In this document: piece after piece, positions 61,229 to 64,000 of the stretch
Layout: every line of letters begins with the position of its first letter
Position numbering within the stretch: position 1 is the stretch's first letter
Source of the DNA: Octopus vulgaris
Lineage: Eukaryota
Direction: 5' to 3'
DNA length: 64,000 nucleotides
Assembly (NCBI GenBank): GCA_951406725.2
Contig: OX597820.1
Span: 95,232,001 to 95,296,000, forward strand
Position numbers and translations under genes: made by a program
Notes under the pieces: generated by a model
Told to the model about the DNA's origin: nothing
What the model saw: only the letters and a program-made list of their open reading frames with translations
The model's database searches: none

Positions 61229-62263
61229 TGTAGGAATACGACCGTATGTGAGGAGGTTGGTGACATAGGTCTCCTTTGTAGCCACACGGTCGCATCCCTA
61301 ACAAAATAGGATGAGCCATAATACAATTTATACAATACAGTGCCAACAGAATATAAATGAATGAGGACAAGCCATTCCACTGTTGAGAGAAGATAATATT
61401 TTATTAAGGTGTTAAGTTTAGAGGGTTGTGAGTGCTAGCAAGTGTTGTGTATGTGTGCATGCAACAAGTGTTTGTGCCTGTGTGTTTGTGTGTGTGACAG
61501 ATACAAATAAGGTGAATGCGTATGACACAGAAATACAGAGCATAGAGTTAAAGGTAGAATTTGGATTACCAGTTCATAAGGTACACGATATGCAAGAGTT
61601 CTATAACAAGATGTTGTGGACATGAGGCAGAAGCCGGTTGGGCACATGTCGTGCAGCGGTTGGGGCTTCAATGCCATGCCGAGTCTCTTAATACAGAATT
61701 TCTTCATTGGAAGGACTGTTATACGTGGTGAAAGGATTCACTCTAACAGCGTTAGTAAAACTGGTCGTGTTGGTGAGTACATGTCTGAAGTTGACGGCGA
61801 TGATGGTGGAGATGACTTGAAGTTGGTATGATGATGGTGACGATGGCGGCGGAGATAGAAGACGTTCTGTTGCGGGTGAACATTAGCGTCGTCGTAGCTG
61901 AAGCAGGAGCATGGCTGGTCATTTGTTGCTGGAACTGGAACATGTTGAGTAGGTCTGTGGTCAGTGACTAGACCTCAAAAGGTCTGAAGTCAAAAGACCA
62001 AGTATGCTGAGAGCAATCCCTTATATACAGGAGAGATGGCTCATTAGAGCCTAGGAAAAAGGGTGTCACGAGACCTTAACCAAAGGCCGTGATTAGTTGG
62101 CTTTGGACAGTGGCGCAAAATAAGTAGAGACAAACCGCACCACATGTCAACCAATCAGATCAGTGGACACAACAGGAACAACCCAACCAAAGATGGCTGT
62201 AATCTCAAGCGAGATCATTCCTGTTGTGTCTCTCAAACAGTGAGGATATCAGATACTGCTACA
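61229..62263 (-). mobile_element. Probable solo LTR (~1.03 kb), antisense in KIFC1 intron 8
   Basis: TGTAG...CTACA ends, TGTG flanks, minus-strand TATATAAG 62020-62027, CCAAT 62151, minus-strand AATAAA 61400-61405. Confidence 0.65.
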
Positions 62264-63032
62264 TGTGCGTGTGTTTGTGTGAGTGAGTTTGTATTTCTCT
62301 TTTCTTCTTTTGTGTTTGCTGGTTGTTATCAGTGGCCTCACTGACAATGTCATTTGTTTCTAGCTTTTCCAAGTTGTTTGTTGTTTCACAAATTGGGAGA
62401 TTATCTTGCTTGGAAACAAATGCCATCTAACCATAAAAACTCTACTCTAATGTACTCTTGTCTGACACATGTAAGTTTGGAAAGTGGATATTAAACTGCT
62501 GTTGTTTGTTTGAGAGTACAAGGTGAAAGTGGTTCACCAATAGATATCTCCAACGACGAGGACTCTGCACTTAAAGTAGAGCCCTAAGAAATTACTATAC
62601 TTGTTAGTCTCAACAACAACCACTGGATTCCAGCTAGGCTATTTGCAGAGACTGAATTAATGGTTAATATCTTGCTTTATTAGCCACACAGATGGGACAG
62701 ATTACAAAGTAGAGCTTTTCTTTTTTGGGGAGTGAAAAAAAAAAAAAAAGAGGTGGGGTAGGTTTTCGATCAAAAGGGATCGTAAAAGGGAAAGAAAAGA
62801 AAAAAAAAACGATCAATAGGGATCGTGTATCACAGTGTCATGATGTAAAGTGTAAAGGGGGAAGCAGATAAGGTGGGAAGAAAATTATCCATGAGTCCTA
62901 TTTCTGTTACTCTTCCCTTTATCATTTGTAGTCACTATGCTTCTTCTTTGACTAACTTATAGAAATTTTTTGAAAGACCACCCGTATTATCTTTACACAG
63001 TTACTTAAGTAACATCAATATTTCTAATATAG

Positions 63033-63152
63033 AGTTTGTCAACATCAGTTGCTGAGAAGTCCAGAAGAAAATTAAACTTTACATTTGACAAAGTGTTTCA
63101 GCCAGAAACAACTCAATCGGAGGTCTTCAATGAAATTTCCCAGCTTGTTCAG
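63033..63152 (+). CDS. KIFC1: Kinesin-14 exon 9 (motor); gene continues beyond the window
   Basis: atag| SLSTSVAEKSRRKLNFTFDKVFQPETTQSEVFNEISQLVQ |gtatga. Confidence 0.95.
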
Positions 63153-63339
63153 GTATGATAGTATGTTATTGGAATTTGCAATTTGTTTTCTTTCTAAACG
63201 TCAAGTTTTATTGATTTCGTTTTCTTTTGTTTTACTAACATTGAAAATGATCTGATATGGTATTTTGAACTGGTATTGTTCATTTAATTTAAAAAGATGT
63301 TCAAAGCATTATTATTTTTTGTTATTGTTATTATTTCAT

Positions 63340-63925
63340 TTACACACAACAGATTAGACTGCTGGAAAAAATTCTTGATATTAGGCTACAAGTAACCTTA
63401 GATGCCAAGAATCTTCCTTAGTATCCTAGTTGCCCCTAATAATACTGTTTTCTGGAGCTGCACTAAACTAGGTGTTATGCCTATTTGCTCTATCCATCAG
63501 TTGAAACCTTCAGAATATTCCTATAACTACAGCAATACATTTTATCCCAACTTTCCATAGCCCCTGTAACTCAGCGACTCCCTAACACTTTGTTATTTTC
63601 TCTATACCTCTTGTATTGACTTTCACATCATTTGAAACTGTAAAGTTAATTACTTGGCACTTTCTATTCTCATTGTCTACCTTTACTAAATCAGTCCTTC
63701 TAGCTTCTATTAATCTGTCCGTTTGGATGTTAAAATCCCACATCTTACATTCTTTATTTTCTAACACTTTAGTATGTTCATTTTCATACCACTTATCAGT
63801 ATGATCAAATCCTAGTTTCCTACATAACTCCCGATGGATTATTCTCCCTAGGTTGCCATGTCTTTTCTTGTTTTCCTTCTGTGCCAGCATACTACATTCA
63901 CTAACTATGAGTAACACTTTCTTCT
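63340..63925 (-). mobile_element. R4/Dong-type LINE 3' end (CCHC + restriction-like endonuclease)
   Basis: IVSECSMLAQ..KKRH..IIHRELC...WDFNIQTD..IEARRTD(PD)LV. Confidence 0.85.
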
Positions 63926-64000
63926 TTTGATTTACATAGCCTGTATTGGAAATCTACGTAACTTTTGTCTATCTTGGCTTTTATCCAGTTAGTCCTAAAT

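Overview
AT-rich, repeat-dense eukaryotic DNA. The tRNA-derived SINEs, RTE LINEs with (GAT)n tails and long TA/CA microsatellites suggest an octopus or other coleoid cephalopod (inference). Two spliced + strand genes were assembled by hand with consistent intron phases. The first is the 3' part of a Q-rich coiled-coil gene, probably SPICE1-like (exons 1360-9237). The second is the 5' part of a kinesin-14 gene, KIFC1/XCTK2/Ncd type (ATG 36801, nine exons to 63152, continuing past the window), with a CCAAT+CHR promoter, D-box and bipartite NLS. The rest is mobile DNA: RTE, CR1 and R4/Dong LINEs, a Penelope-like RT relic, an RT-less Gypsy element with both LTRs and a TSD, a solo LTR, mariner, Tigger, piggyBac-type MITEs, a Merlin transposase relic with 8-bp-TSD MITEs, Helitrons and several SINE families. 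Most unusual: (a) foldback elements at 27.4-28.2 kb whose arms carry minimal type I hammerhead ribozyme cores; (b) a PBS-less Gypsy LTR with a putative intron ending 2 nt past the LTR end; (c) a double-hairpin repeat array spaced by 10-bp units at 18.8-19.7 kb; (d) a TAA in gene 1 whose frame stays open into the next exon. All family names are from motif recognition by eye; no searches were run.
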